From Eledone cirrhosa (lineage: Eukaryota), in NCBI GenBank assembly GCA_964016885.1, contig OZ024744.1, positions 9,734,001 through 9,798,000 on the forward strand: a DNA stretch of 64,000 bases, written 5' to 3'. Below the pieces are notes generated by a model. That model was not told the DNA's origin, did no database searches, and saw only the letters and a program-made list of their open reading frames with translations. Below, piece by piece: positions 14,914 through 27,612 of this stretch (position 1 is the stretch's first letter; the number at the start of each line of letters is the position of its first letter). The translations under genes and the position numbers were made by a program.

Positions 14914-15529
14914 TTATCTCCCGCCAGATTTTTAAAACATAAAAATCGAAAGAAGCATGCATGGAGTAAGATGGCGAGCATGTAAGAGGCATGAAAATTA
15001 TGGTACAAATTAATAAAAGTAAGAGAAGAGGTCAAAAGTTCAAATATCTAAAATACAGTTCACATGTGTGCAATCACATGACAGCAGTAAAGAATGTGTT
15101 CCAGAGAATGAATGCACGTGGTTTCTGGTCTGTGGTATAACATGAAATTTCCAACTTCCGAAGGGAATTTCTCACAGGCAGAGTGCTGCAGAAATAAATT
15201 GTCTGGCTTGTTCTGCTGGTTTTAGTTGTTGATGAAGCTGTGTTGTTGTTGTTGATGGTGTGAATGCGTTGACCTGGAAGGGTCAAGAGGCCAGCGACCA
15301 GAGAAATAAGCATTCTTAATAAATGCGCGGTTTTCAACGGCAAATTTACGTGGTAAATTTATAAACCGGCAAATAGAAGAATATAGCTTAAAATGTTCGT
15401 TGTAAAGGAAACGAAAAACATATATATACATCCAGTGAAATGGTAATGAGAGGTACATTGTAATACAATAAATGAATAAATAACAAGAACAGCAAAAAAA
15501 AATATATATATAAGGCTCCAATGGCCAGT

Positions 15530-16738
15530 TCACATAAAAATAGTTTGGCAGAACTTTTTGGGCCAGTGGACTCTCCGACCGGAACGGGTCGTAGTCTTGT
15601 ATGTAGGTGAAGGTGGGGCAAAAGGAGCAGGTGTATGCACAAGAGAGAAAGATTGGGGTATTTGTGGCTCGAGTGTATGAGCGTCATTGTGTGCCCTTTT
15701 CAGTCTATCCACCGAAATTGTCTCTCTGGACCCCTTAACGTCTACAGTGAAATGTTTGTCAGTGCGTGCTAACACACAGTAGGGTCCAGAGTATGGTTGT
15801 GTGAGGGGTGGTCTCACAGCATGGTTCCTTACAAACACATGGATCCACGAGGCAATGTCCCTCGGGACCGCAGGTTTTACAGTTTGCTTCCTCGTATCCA
15901 TCGGCGGCAGGTCCTGAAAATAAGAACGCAGACGGGATACGTAGGAAAGCGGATCTTGGAAAGCAAGATCAACAGGGGCAAGCATTTGCCCAGGCAACGC
16001 TAGAGGAGCACCGTAAATTAATTCGGCCGGGGAGAACCCAAGGTCCTCCTTTATTGATGACCGAATTCCTAATAACACAATAGGAAGGTACTCGCTCCAA
16101 CGTTGAGAGTCTGGATAGGCGCGAAGAGCGGCCTTTAATTGGCGGTGGAATCGTTCCACCATTCCATTTGAAGCAGGATGATAGGCTGTGGTCCGAATCC
16201 GTTGAGCTCCAATTATTTTTGTGAGCTCAGAGAAGAGATGGGATTCGAATTGTCTACCACGGTCTGTGGCGAGTGTAGTTGGTACCCCAAAGCGGGTAAT
16301 CCACCCTGATACCAGGGCACGTGCTACAGTCTCAGCAGTCATGTCTTGTAAAGGGATGGCTTCAGGCCATCGCGAAAAACGATCGACACACGTCAATATG
16401 TAAGAATATCCACTGCTGAATGGCCAAGGTCCAACGATGTCAATGTGGATGTGTTGAAACCGAGCATCTGGAGTACTGAAAGTACCAAGTGGAGTCCGGA
16501 TGTGTCTATGGATCTTCGATTTCTGGCAAGCGATACAGGAACGGCACCAGGCAGCAATGTCGCGCCTCATATTTGGCCAGAAGAATCTGGCTGTTATGAG
16601 TTTAACTGTGGCAGCAGCTCCTGGATGAGAAATGTTGTGCAAAGCCAGGAACACAATTCGACGGTGAGTCTCAGGAACAAGTGGTCGTGGAGCATCAGTA
16701 GATACATCACATAGAATCTGCCTGTCGGTGGTGGACAA
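15530..16738 (-). CDS. Gypsy integrase (separated from RT/RH by frameshifts)
   Basis: H..HPG..C..C zinc-binding motif, [22 protein letters not shown] (DDE core), GPY motif. Confidence 0.93.
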   Translation of the reverse strand: MSTTDRQILCDVSTDAPRPLVPETHRRIVFLALHNISHPGAAATVKLITARFFWPNMRRDIAAWCRSCIACQKSKIHRHIRTPLGTFSTPDARFQHIHIDIVGPWPFSSGYSYILTCVDRFSRWPEAIPLQDMTAETVARALVSGWITRFGVPTTLATDRGRQFESHLFSELTKIIGAQRIRTTAYHPASNGMVERFHRQLKAALRAYPDSQRWSEYLPIVLLGIRSSIKEDLGFSPAELIYGAPLALPGQMLAPVDLAFQDPLSYVSRLRSYFQDLPPMDTRKQTVKPAVPRDIASWIHVFVRNHAVRPPLTQPYSGPYCVLARTDKHFTVDVKGSRETISVDRLKRAHNDAHTLEPQIPQSFSLVHTPAPFAPPSPTYKTTTRSGRRVHWPKKFCQTIFM

Positions 16739-16887
16739 GGGCAGATATTTGAAAATTCAAGTCGCAAATTCAGTAGAAAGAGTCTCCAACGATTGGAGTG
16801 CAGGTTGGTCTGCAGCTAAACGACCTAAGTCGATCTCCTGGGATGACGAGATGGAGCTAATTAGAAAACGTGACAATGCGTCTGCAA

Positions 16888-18639
16888 CTATGTTGTGTGA
16901 GCCGGCAATGTGCTGGATATCGTTTGTAAATTGTGCCTTTTCTCTCTGGGCGAATATCTGTCGGCTTTGGCCCTCAAAGCGAAGGTCAACGGTTTGTGGT
17001 CGGTAAAAACCGTAAAATTTCTCCCCTCAAGAATATGAGAGAAATGTTTCACCGACAGATATATGGCTAATAATTCCCGCCCAAACGTGCTATAACGCGT
17101 TTCTGCTGGTTTCAACTTCCTCGAGAAAAATGCCAAAGGTTGTTGGTTTTCAGCGCAAGACTGCTGTAAAACTGCTCCCACAGCGGTATCAGATGCATCA
17201 ACACAAAGCGAAAGCTTGGCCTCTGGTACCGGGTGGGCTAGCAAAGAACTAGCGAGTGCTGTCTTGGCAGACTGGAAGTCCTGAAGCTGTCCTTGTGTCA
17301 AGGAAATGTCTTCATTCTTCTTACGACGATTTTTTAAAATGTCAGTAAGGGAAGATAGCCAATTAGCACAATGAGGAATGAAACGCCTATAGAAATTGAT
17401 TAGGCCTAAGAAGTGACGCAACTGGTGAAGTTTAGTAGGCGGAGGTAACTCCTGTATGGCTTGAACTCGCTGAGGGAGCGGCCTAATACCTTCGGCGTCG
17501 ATGAGGTGGCCTAAAAAATGTAGGGAAGTGGAACCGAAAACACACTTTGCAGGATTTACGCGAACGCGGTAATCCTGAAGTCGCCGAAATAAGAGAAGCA
17601 TGTGGCGCATATGCTCTTCCGGAGAGGAACTAGCGACGAGAATATCGTCTATGTAAGCATAGACGAAGTCCAGACCACGCGTGACCTCGTCTATGAACCG
17701 CTGAAAAGTGCTAGCGGCGTTCCTGAGTCCGAAAGGCATGGTCAAAAATTCGAAGGATCCGAAAGGGGTTGTAATCGCCGTTTTCGGAATATCCTCCTTC
17801 CTGACCGGAATTTGGTGGTAGGCTCGCACTAAATCTAACTTAGAAAAAAGCTTACACCCCTGCAGTGAAGATGCAAAATCGTGGAGATGGGGAATCGGAT
17901 ACCTATCCGGGACGGTCATGGCATTTAACCTCCTATAATCCCCAGTGGATCTCCAGTTGCCGGAAGTCTTGGTCACCATATGTAATGGTGAAGCCCAAGG
18001 ACTCGTAGATGGGCGAATAATGCCCAGCTGCAGCATATGGTCGAACTCGGACCGTGCTGCCTTTAATTTTTCCGCCGGTAAGCGGCGTGGACGCGAAAAC
18101 ACTGGGGCACCGGTGGTGGAAACGAAATGTTCGGTCGAGTGTGTTGGGTCAGTGACTCGAAAATTTCCATCCGTGAGCTCCGGGAAAGAACCCAGCAACG
18201 CATGGTAGGCGTCCCCAGCGGCAGCGACAAAGAATACGGGGCTGACTATTGGAGCATTGGCTTCCTGGCCATGAATTGAACAGCCGGTGATGTTATCCAC
18301 CAGGCGTTGGCCACGGACGTCCACAGTTAAAGAGAAGTTGTGGAGGAAATCCGCTCCTAAGATGGGATATGGCAAATCGGCAACCGTAAAAATCCACTTA
18401 AAATCCCTTCGAAGATTTAGGAATTTAAGAGGAAGCGAGATTTGCCCGTACGTCTTTATAGACGAGTGGTTCACTGCCTGCAGCGTAACAGATGACTCTA
18501 TGGGGGTATCTTTCAGGCAATGGACCGGCCAAATACTACAGGAGGCTCCTGTATCCACGAGGAAACCTCTTCCGGACATTAGGTCCTTAATGAAGAAATG
18601 GCGGTTTGGTGGCTTTATGTTGAGGTCAACTGTCCCCAT
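16888..18639 (-). CDS. pol: Gypsy pol: aspartic protease, reverse transcriptase, RNase H
   Basis: [51 protein letters not shown] slippery GGGAAAC at 18657-18663 puts this ORF in the -1 frame of the gag remnant. Confidence 0.95.
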   Translation of the reverse strand: MGTVDLNIKPPNRHFFIKDLMSGRGFLVDTGASCSIWPVHCLKDTPIESSVTLQAVNHSSIKTYGQISLPLKFLNLRRDFKWIFTVADLPYPILGADFLHNFSLTVDVRGQRLVDNITGCSIHGQEANAPIVSPVFFVAAAGDAYHALLGSFPELTDGNFRVTDPTHSTEHFVSTTGAPVFSRPRRLPAEKLKAARSEFDHMLQLGIIRPSTSPWASPLHMVTKTSGNWRSTGDYRRLNAMTVPDRYPIPHLHDFASSLQGCKLFSKLDLVRAYHQIPVRKEDIPKTAITTPFGSFEFLTMPFGLRNAASTFQRFIDEVTRGLDFVYAYIDDILVASSSPEEHMRHMLLLFRRLQDYRVRVNPAKCVFGSTSLHFLGHLIDAEGIRPLPQRVQAIQELPPPTKLHQLRHFLGLINFYRRFIPHCANWLSSLTDILKNRRKKNEDISLTQGQLQDFQSAKTALASSLLAHPVPEAKLSLCVDASDTAVGAVLQQSCAENQQPLAFFSRKLKPAETRYSTFGRELLAIYLSVKHFSHILEGRNFTVFTDHKPLTFALRAKADRYSPREKRHNLQTISSTLPAHTT

Positions 18640-18650
18640 CAGAGGACCTC

Positions 18651-18950
18651 TTAGGCGTTTCCCGCCTTATGAAAGGAGCAAGGTTGCACGCAGTGATTCG
18701 CGTTCTCAGCAAATCGCTCGTGGTACCAGCATAAAGATGAAGCTGGTGACTTAGAACGCCGTCTAAAACTTTGCGATCTCCCGCTACTGCGGGGGCGCGA
18801 ACAGCCACCACACAAGGCCTTCATCTTGTGGAGCTCTATGGTGAGCTCCTGAATGGACCTTTGCATCGCTATAATGGTCGAGCTGTCTGTTGGCGCTGCC
18901 GCGTAGATCGCATGGCCGCGTGTGGCCCGAGCTGGGTGGTGAACACAAGC
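18651..18950 (-). pseudogene. C-terminal remnant of gag
   Basis: SLCWYHERF..C..PC motif ending GNA*. No open gag N-terminal region upstream. Confidence 0.65.
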
Positions 18951-19409
18951 TATTGGTATACCGTAGGCAATCTACCGTTTGGAAAAATGTCTTTAACATA
19001 ACAGAAAAGGAAAACAAAATTTTTCCGTCAAACCACTGGACCGGAAAAATAATGCATCCGGGACAATATGCAAACAAGCGATTAAGTGAATGCTGTTATA
19101 CTAAGGTAAGGGCAAGGAACCTAAAAAAAAAAATCCAACATCGCGGACTATTTCGCGCCCAAAACACTATTGATGGAGAAGAGAGACTCCATCTTGTCAT
19201 CCTCAAAATTTTTTAGCCAGTGAAGAGAAGGGCAGAAAAGGAGAGAAAAAAAAAGGCAAAAACATTTATACAATTGCTGTTTGTCTGTGTGTCAATAATT
19301 GTAGGTGTTCGTTTTGTATTAAATTGTTATATTTTTCTCTTTTTCTTCTGTCTCTCTTTTTTTTTTATATTATATACACCGTATACCATTTCCCATTCTT
19401 TTTTTTTTT

Positions 19410-19429
19410 AAATCACGTCAGGGTCACCA
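19410..19429 (-). promoter_or_regulatory. Primer-binding site for tRNA-Trp
   Basis: + strand AAATCACGTCAGGGTCACCA matches the eukaryotic tRNA-Trp 3' end (AAATCACGTCGGGGTCACCA, recalled) with one mismatch, 1 nt from the LTR. Confidence 0.85.
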
Positions 19430-19430
19430 C

Positions 19431-19886
19431 TTTAGGAGATTAGTATCGGTGTACATATAACATAAAAAAGACAGTAAATACCGGTGTGTGTGTTATAATA
19501 ATGTTTTTACTTCATGGAAGTCAAAGGTATTAAATATTAAGGATTTGTTACCCGATGGTCATAACTCGAGGCTGAAGTTGGTAGAGAAAAGAAGAGATCT
19601 TTTCTAGCTGGTATTAACATCTTAGGCTCTCAGGCTGCAAGTTGCATTGTTCTTGGTAGCGAAGGATTATCAAGAAGGAATCATCACAAGCTAAGGTCGC
19701 AGGTGTTACCACTTCAGAAATCAGGAGGCAAGAGGGAGATATCATGGTAACCTGTTACTTTTATAGGAGGTGACCGGAAGTGACCAACAGGGAGTCTGTC
19801 AATCCCAAAGGGAAGCAACTCCAGCTACTTCCTGTCTAGAGAGCGGTGATGAGATTGTCATGACAAGGGAGGCAACTCTTGCTGCG
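19431..19886 (-). repeat. 5' LTR
   Basis: Direct repeat of 14458-14913, adjacent to the PBS. Confidence 0.93.
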
Positions 19887-19909
19887 GTTTCTTTCTCAAC
19901 TCATCACAT

Positions 19910-20338
19910 TGTAATGACCTACATTCCGCAGGCTCACATACATTCTTCGTGCGTTATTTCGCTCAGCCCAGCCAATGACCGCCAGCGGAGGAGAATGTAT
20001 CTCTACGCGACCTGAGGGAAAAATTCCCGCGTATATTTGAGAAATCTTGCTCTTGCATCCTGACAGTGAAAAGGTAAACAACTAACTTTCTTTCGTCGTG
20101 AAATCACTAGCCAACATATAACACAACTTAACCACAACCTTGCTAGACTTCAGCCAGTGGACCGTGCCTTCTGAAATTCTTAATTCGTTTGTTTTATTAC
20201 TCTTGGCATGCCTGCTCTAGTTAGCTCTACACAGCTCAACCTTGTTAATAAATAATGTAAAACAAACCAAGTCGTTGTCGATGTTCTTATCACATCTTTC
20301 TACCAAACTAATTACGCGTGGCGCTACTAGCTATAACA
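19910..20338. mobile_element. Unclassified insert of about 430 bp in the satellite, possible solo LTR
   Basis: Begins TGTAAT, candidate end ATAACA, internal AATAAA. No clean TSD. Confidence 0.4.
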
Positions 20339-20354
20339 TATCTTAACTGCTAAA

Positions 20355-21017
20355 AGTTTCTCTCTCAACTCATCACATGTCCATACCATCCCAGTCTTCT
20401 CTCCCACACACTACAACTTATCCCTCTCATACTTAGTTTCTCCCTCAACTCATTACATGTCCATACCTTCTCAGTCTTCCCTCCTGTACACCACAACTTA
20501 TCCCTCTTATACACAGTCTCTCTCAACTCATCACATGTCCATACCATCTCAGTCTTCTCTCCCACACACTACAACTTATCCCTCTTATACAGAGTCTCTC
20601 TCAACTCGTCACATGTCGATACCAATGTTGTCTTCTCTCCCACACACTAAAGTTTATCCCTCTTATACCCAGTTTCCCTCTCAACTCATCACATGTCTGT
20701 ACCAACGCAGTCTTCCCTCCCACACACTACAGCTTATCCTTTTTATACCCAGTTTCTCTCTCAACTCATCACATGTCCATACCATCCCAATCTTCTCTCC
20801 CGCACACTACAACTTATCCCTCTCATACTTAGTTTCTACCTCAACTTATCACATGTCCATACCAACACAATTTTCTCTCCTGTACACCACAAGTTATCCC
20901 TCTTATACACAGTTTCTCTCTCAACACATCACATGTCCATACCATCTCAGTCTTCTCTCCCACACACTACAATTTATCCCTCTTATACACAGTTTCTCTC
21001 TCAACACATCACATGTC
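20355..21017. repeat. 80-bp RTE-derived satellite, continuation
   Basis: Same unit, somewhat more diverged. Confidence 0.95.
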
Positions 21018-22261
21018 ATTCCTCTGTTCAAAAAGGGTGACCGCACATCACCTGTGAACTATCGTCCAGTCAGTCTTATTAGTTGCATCGTCAAACTGAT
21101 GGAATCCTGTGTCAGAGAAACACTTTGGAACTTCTGGAGCTCTCACAGTCTTATCCGGCCCTCGTATTTGGATTTATCCCCAACTCCAGCTGCTGTGATC
21201 AACTTATAGAGTTTCTTGAGGACATCACCCGGATCACTGTTGGCGGCTCATGGGTGGATGTTGTTTACCTTTACTTTGCGAAGGCCTTCAATTCTGTGCC
21301 ACACAAAAGGCTTATGACAAAACTCTCTGCAATGGGTGTGAAGGATGATCTTTTTAACTGGTTGAAGTCCTTCATTCTCAGTCGAAGAGAGGTAGTCACG
21401 GTTCTGGGACAGCATTCCTCACCATATGAGATGTCATCTGGTGTACCACAGGGATCTGTTCTTGGCCCCCTTTTGTTTGTGGCATATATTAATGACATAG
21501 ATGCCAACTTAAGGAATGCCACAGTACTAAAGTACGCAGATGACATCAAGCTGTACCTTGAGATAAAAAGGACAGATCCTGAACACTATAGATCTTGCTT
21601 GCAGTCTGACCTGGACACAATGCAACAGTGGATCTCAGACTGGCAACTCAAGCTAGCTGTGGACAAGTGCCCCACCATGCATTTTGGGAGTAAAAACCCA
21701 GCGTCCACATACTCCCTCCACAGCACTAATATCAAGAAGTCTTCTTGTGAACGTGACCTGGGCATTACGGTCAGCAGCGATTTGCGTTGGACGAAGCACA
21801 TCTCTAAAATTGTCAAGAGGGCCGAGGGTGTCTTAGCATCACTCAGCAAGACCTTTGTCAGCCGCTCTCCAGCTATCTATTTAAGGCTGTACATGGCTAT
21901 GGTGTGGCCACACTTAGAATTTGCATCACCAGTCTGTAACCCCTATCTTGCTCAGAACATTGACCGCCTGGAAACTGTTCAGTGACGTGCAACCAAGTGA
22001 ATACCCTCCATCAGGCATCTACCATACTCTGAACGCCTTGCTTCCCTGGGCATGGATTCATTGAAGTTCCGACGCCTGGCAACTGACTTGGTAAACACCC
22101 ACAAAATTGTTAACCATGTTGCCAACAACAACCCTGAGTACCTTTTTGATTTCCATGTGTCTAACACACGTGGGCATGCCCACAAAGTCAGAAAACAGCA
22201 CAGTTCCCATGACTTTCGGAAACATTTTTTCACGCTCAGAGTTGCTGAAGCATGGAACAAA
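21015..22261 (+). mobile_element. CR1-clade LINE ORF2 (RT) fragment, both ends missing
   Basis: VIPLFKKG..NYRPVSL, FAKAFNSVPH, GVPQGSVLGPLLF, YADD, TRGH..RVAEAWN, with a frameshift and stops. Confidence 0.92.
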
Positions 22262-22784
22262 CCATAACGTATCCCTCTTATACCCAGTTCCCTTTCAACT
22301 CATCACATGTCCAAACCATTTCAGTCTTCTCTCCCACACACCACAACTTATCCCTCTTATACCCAGTTTCTCTCTCAATACATCACATGTCCATACCACC
22401 TCAGTCTTCTCTCCCACACACTACAACTAATCCTTCTTATACACAGTTTCTCTCTCAACACATCACATGTCCATACCATCTCAGTCTTCTCTACCACACA
22501 CTACAACTTATCCCTCTTATACCTAGTGTCTCTCTCAACACATCACATGTCCATACCATCTCAGTCTTCTCTCCTGTACACCATAACCTATCCCTCTTAT
22601 ACCCAGTCTCCCTCTCAACTCATCATATGTCCATACCATCTCAGTCTTCTCTCCCACACACTACAACTTATCCCTCTTATACACAGTTTCTCTCTCAACT
22701 CATCACATGTGCATACCATCTCAGTCTTCTCTCCTGCACACTTCAATTTATCCCTCTTATACCCAGTTTCTCTCTCGACTCATC
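22262..22784. repeat. 80-bp RTE-derived satellite, last units fused to the parent RTE
   Basis: About 6 units. The final unit continues without a break into RTE coding sequence at CATC 22781-22784. Confidence 0.95.
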
Positions 22785-23362
22785 TATGCTTGTTCGTTCA
22801 CGCACATTGACATTGCACATCCAACGGAGCATGCTTGCTTCATTTGTCTCCAGCTGTCGCATATCCTCTGCAGTTGCTGCCCATGTCCCACTGCCATGCA
22901 GTATCGCGCATCTAATACAGGCATCATATAACCGGCTTTTCTTTAGTAGCGAGAAACCCTTCTTCGTCAGCAGAGGAATCAGCTCTCTAAACTTCTTCCA
23001 ACCGGTCCTTATTCTAGATACTATGGCCTCGGAACATTCCCCTCCCATGCTAATCCGATCTCCTAGGTACCGGAAGCTGTCCACCACTTCTATAGCACCC
23101 GCCTGCATTTGAAAAATGTGTCTATCAATGTGACTTCTACTGTCTAATTTCCCTGTACATCTTCTGCATACATATTTCTCCCTGTCTGTTAGTTTGCCTG
23201 CTATCCCACTACATCTCTTGTGTACCCAGGATCTGCATTGTGTACATTCTTTAGAATTTATGCCAGTTCCTTTTCTGCATATGGAACATGGCTATTTCTC
23301 TGACGGAATCAGAGTTTTGTCCTCTTTTCTACTCATCAACACTTTTGTTTAGCTAGGTTCAC
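22781..23362 (-). mobile_element. RTE-clade LINE ORF2 fragment with PHD-like zinc finger (parent of the 80-mer)
   Basis: PCSICRK..CTQCRSWVHKRC..CRRC, then VDSFRYLGD..GWKKFREL..LHGSGTW..MLRWMC. Confidence 0.9.
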
Positions 23363-23394
23363 TACATATATATATATATTTCATTGTATATCAT

Positions 23395-23454
<60 letters not shown>

Positions 23455-23455
<1 letters not shown>

Positions 23456-24553
23456 TAAGGCGGGTAAAATTCCCGAGATCCATGGACGAGTTCTCTCCAG
23501 CGCTCTATATCCCTCATTATCGCTGCCATGTCCTGCGTCTGCAACAGACCAGTGTCTGTCATTAGGGCATCAACATACGTTAACTTTGGTCTTCCTCTTC
23601 CAGTGTGTCCATGTAGGGGCTCCCACAGGAGCACTGAGTGCAATGATAACTCTGGATGTCGGCGAGCATGTCCAGCTAACCTCAGTCTCCTCTGTGTCAC
23701 TTTTGAGCTGACTTTTGGGAGGCTCCCATACAGCTCTGAGTTTTTCAACCTCAGTGTATACTGATTAATGTTCAGAGCCATCCTCAGCATTCTCGTGTAG
23801 CACCCATCCACCATCTGAGTGAGTTTCTTGGTCAGTGTCCAAGTCTCAGACCCATACAGCAGCACAGACTCCACTACAGCAATGAAGAGGTGGATCTTCA
23901 GGTCTTTACGAAGGTCCGACTTCCCCACCAATCTCAAGCTGTGGCACGCCACCCAGGCTTTGCTCTTCCTCTCAACCACATCATCTTCTGTATTCCCAAT
24001 CTTTGCTCCCAAATACAGGAAGTCTTCAACTAATTCTAGCGGCTTCCCGCCTACATTAGTGATCCCCTCTGGCTTCTCAACATTCTCTACCAGATATTTT
24101 GTTTTGGTCTCATTCATTCTCAGCCCGACACTCAACGACACTGTCTCAACCTCCCGTATCAAATCCTCTGCCTCCTTCACTGTATTTGTCACTAAAACTA
24201 TGTCGTCGGCAAATTCAGCATCTGATATCTTTTTTGCCTTAACTCTCCTGCTCTGAGCCGGTGCTACAGTAAAGCCAGAGTCCTGGTGTTTCTCCAGTGC
24301 AAGGCGCATACAATAGTCCACTACGATGATAAAAAGGTAGGGAGCCAATGTATCTCCCTGGAGCACTCCAGCCAGTATCTCAAAGAACTCTGTCATCCCA
24401 TCAGGTGTAATGACTTGGGCTTTGGTGTTGGTGTAGAGCAGTGATATCAGGTCCACTATCTTCTTGGCGATTCCATAAGCCTGTAAGATCTTCATCAGGC
24501 AGTGACGGTCCACAGAATCAAAGACTTTCCTAAAGTCAATGAAAACCATGACC
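23455..24553 (-). mobile_element. RTE-like LINE RT C-terminal half (a distinct family), open reading frame, bounded by (TA)n
   Basis: FIDFRKVFDSV, GVLQGDTLAPYLF, FADD, FLYLG, LLYGSETW, RRLRLAGH, GRP. Confidence 0.88.
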
Positions 24554-24579
24554 ATATATATACAAAGATATACAATGAA

Positions 24580-24606
<27 letters not shown>

Positions 24607-24611
<5 letters not shown>

Positions 24612-24685
24612 ATATCACTTTCCAGACATAACCAAGGATAATATACCTTAACGGTTCAAGTTATCACTGGAAAGTGATATCATTG
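24607..24685. mobile_element. 79-bp mini-MITE-like element in a TA tract
   Basis: Perfect 19-bp terminal inverted repeats CAATGATATCACTTTCCAG / CTGGAAAGTGATATCATTG, with TA on both sides. Confidence 0.6.
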
Positions 24686-24966
24686 TATATATATAACCAA
24701 ATGTTAAACATGGTTCATTGATTATTCAATTAATATAGTTTTACAATAGATTAAAAGACCTCAACAAAAAGTTTTCAGGAGTTATTAACATTATTCAAAA
24801 TATTAATAAATGGAGACATTCACATAATGAAAATATATGTTTTATTATATATATTTTGGAGGTACTGTGCTATTTTTTGAGTACGTCCTGATCAGATAAA
24901 ATACATAAATTGATGTATGACATACCTCAAATGTGCTGATGGTTCAATTCCAGTCTTGGCAGTGAA

Positions 24967-25023
24967 TTTTATCTGATGAGGACATACTGAAATAACAGCA
25001 CAGTACCTCCGAAATATATATAA
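24967..25023 (+). ncRNA. Minimal type I hammerhead ribozyme motif (disrupted)
   Basis: TTTTAT-CTGATGA-GGA..TCC-GAAA-TATATA-TA. Stem I' ATAAAA is restored when the Helitron is removed. Confidence 0.6.
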
Positions 25024-25824
25024 TCTATATCTATAAAACTGAGGATGTCTGTCTGTGTGTGTGTGAGTTTGAATCCCTAAAACTCTAGAACCACCCAACC
25101 GACTGTATAATTCTCTGTATAATTCTTAGTCTTTCTCTTTTTAATATCTGTCTGTATGTCTGATTGTTTGCATTACGTCACCTCATTGGGGACGTCTGTG
25201 TGTGTGTGTCTGTGAGTTTGAATCCCTAAAACTCGAGAAGTACCAACTCGAGAAGTACCAAACTGACTTTTTTCAAACTTTACATGTGTATCACTTGTTT
25301 CAGGGAGTGTTATGCACATAAAGAAATTCAACTTTTTGATCCCTTTGAGCCCGCATTAGGTGAAAAACTGCGTTTTTTCAGGTTTTAGGGTTATTTTGAG
25401 TCGTTACGTCAGACCGATTTCCTTGAAATTGTAACTATGTATTAGTGAGTCTCTTCTTCATACCGTGAGCAAAGAAAATCCAACTTTTTATGGCCTAGGG
25501 CCCGCATTAGGTGAAAAACTTCATTTTTTCAGCTTTTTAGAGCTTTTTTGAGGCGTTACATCTAGCCGATTTCCCCGAAATTTCAAGGCATATTATGCAC
25601 ATTAAAAAAAATTCACTTTCTTGATCCCCTAGGGCCCGCATTAGGTGAAAACCTGCATTTTTCCTGTTTCATCGAAGAAAATCTTGAAGATTATCCAGCC
25701 ATCAGAGTATTCGGTTTATTTTCTTTATATATTGTCTAGGCATGCAGTTTTTCCACAATTAGGTCTGTTGGTGGCCCGCGTTCCAAAATACCTCATCCCG
25801 TGCAACGCCGGGTACCACTGCTAG
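25024..25824 (+). mobile_element. Non-autonomous Helitron
   Basis: 5' TC, 3' CTAG, subterminal hairpin CCCG..CGGG, inserted between A and T with no TSD. Flanks rejoin. Three internal GCCCGCATTAGGTGAAAA repeats. Confidence 0.88.
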
Positions 25825-26159
25825 TAAAACATATATTTTGATTATGTGAATGTATCAATTTATTAATATTTTGAATAATATATATATATGCAAAAGTTCT
25901 ATTTAAATTGTTGGGATACAACAAGCAAATATTTTTATAACTGATATAAAGCACTCAACAAGTCTTTGGAATAAACATACGATATTAACAAATGGAAACT
26001 ATATTTATAAAACCATATTTATTTTATAAATATAGTTTCCATTTGTTAATATCGTATATATATATATATATATATATATATAACGGAAGAGTTGTGGTAA
26101 GGAACCAGATGGAGCATAACGCACCAGAGTACTCAATACATAGGCTAGTAGAGTGGGTA

Positions 26160-26292
26160 ATAGGAGAGAGTATGACCCCGACGACAGAGCTCAAGCCGTT
26201 TCGACGGCTATTTCTGGACTAAAGTGACTTTTTAGTCCAGAAATAGCCGTCGAAACGTCTTGAGCTCTGCCGTCGGGGTCATACTCTCTCCT

Positions 26293-26294
<2 letters not shown>
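26160..26294. repeat. Near-perfect hairpin, 64-bp arms
   Basis: 26160-26223 pairs with 26231-26294, 2 mismatches, 7-nt loop. Confidence 0.9.

Positions 26295-27612
<1,318 letters not shown>

Larger units (their letters stand above)
14458..19886 (-). mobile_element. Ty3/Gypsy LTR retrotransposon with both LTRs, inserted in the 80-bp satellite
   Basis: 456-bp LTRs at 14458-14913 and 19431-19886, about 7 differences by eye. GTTT target-site duplication at 14454-14457 and 19887-19890. tRNA-Trp PBS. Pol order PR-RT-RH-IN. Confidence 0.96.
24790..25879. repeat. Inverted repeat of about 115 bp per arm (Penelope pseudo-LTR-like); right arm split by a Helitron
   Basis: 24790-24903 is the reverse complement of 24965-25023 plus 25825-25879. 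Confidence 0.75.
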
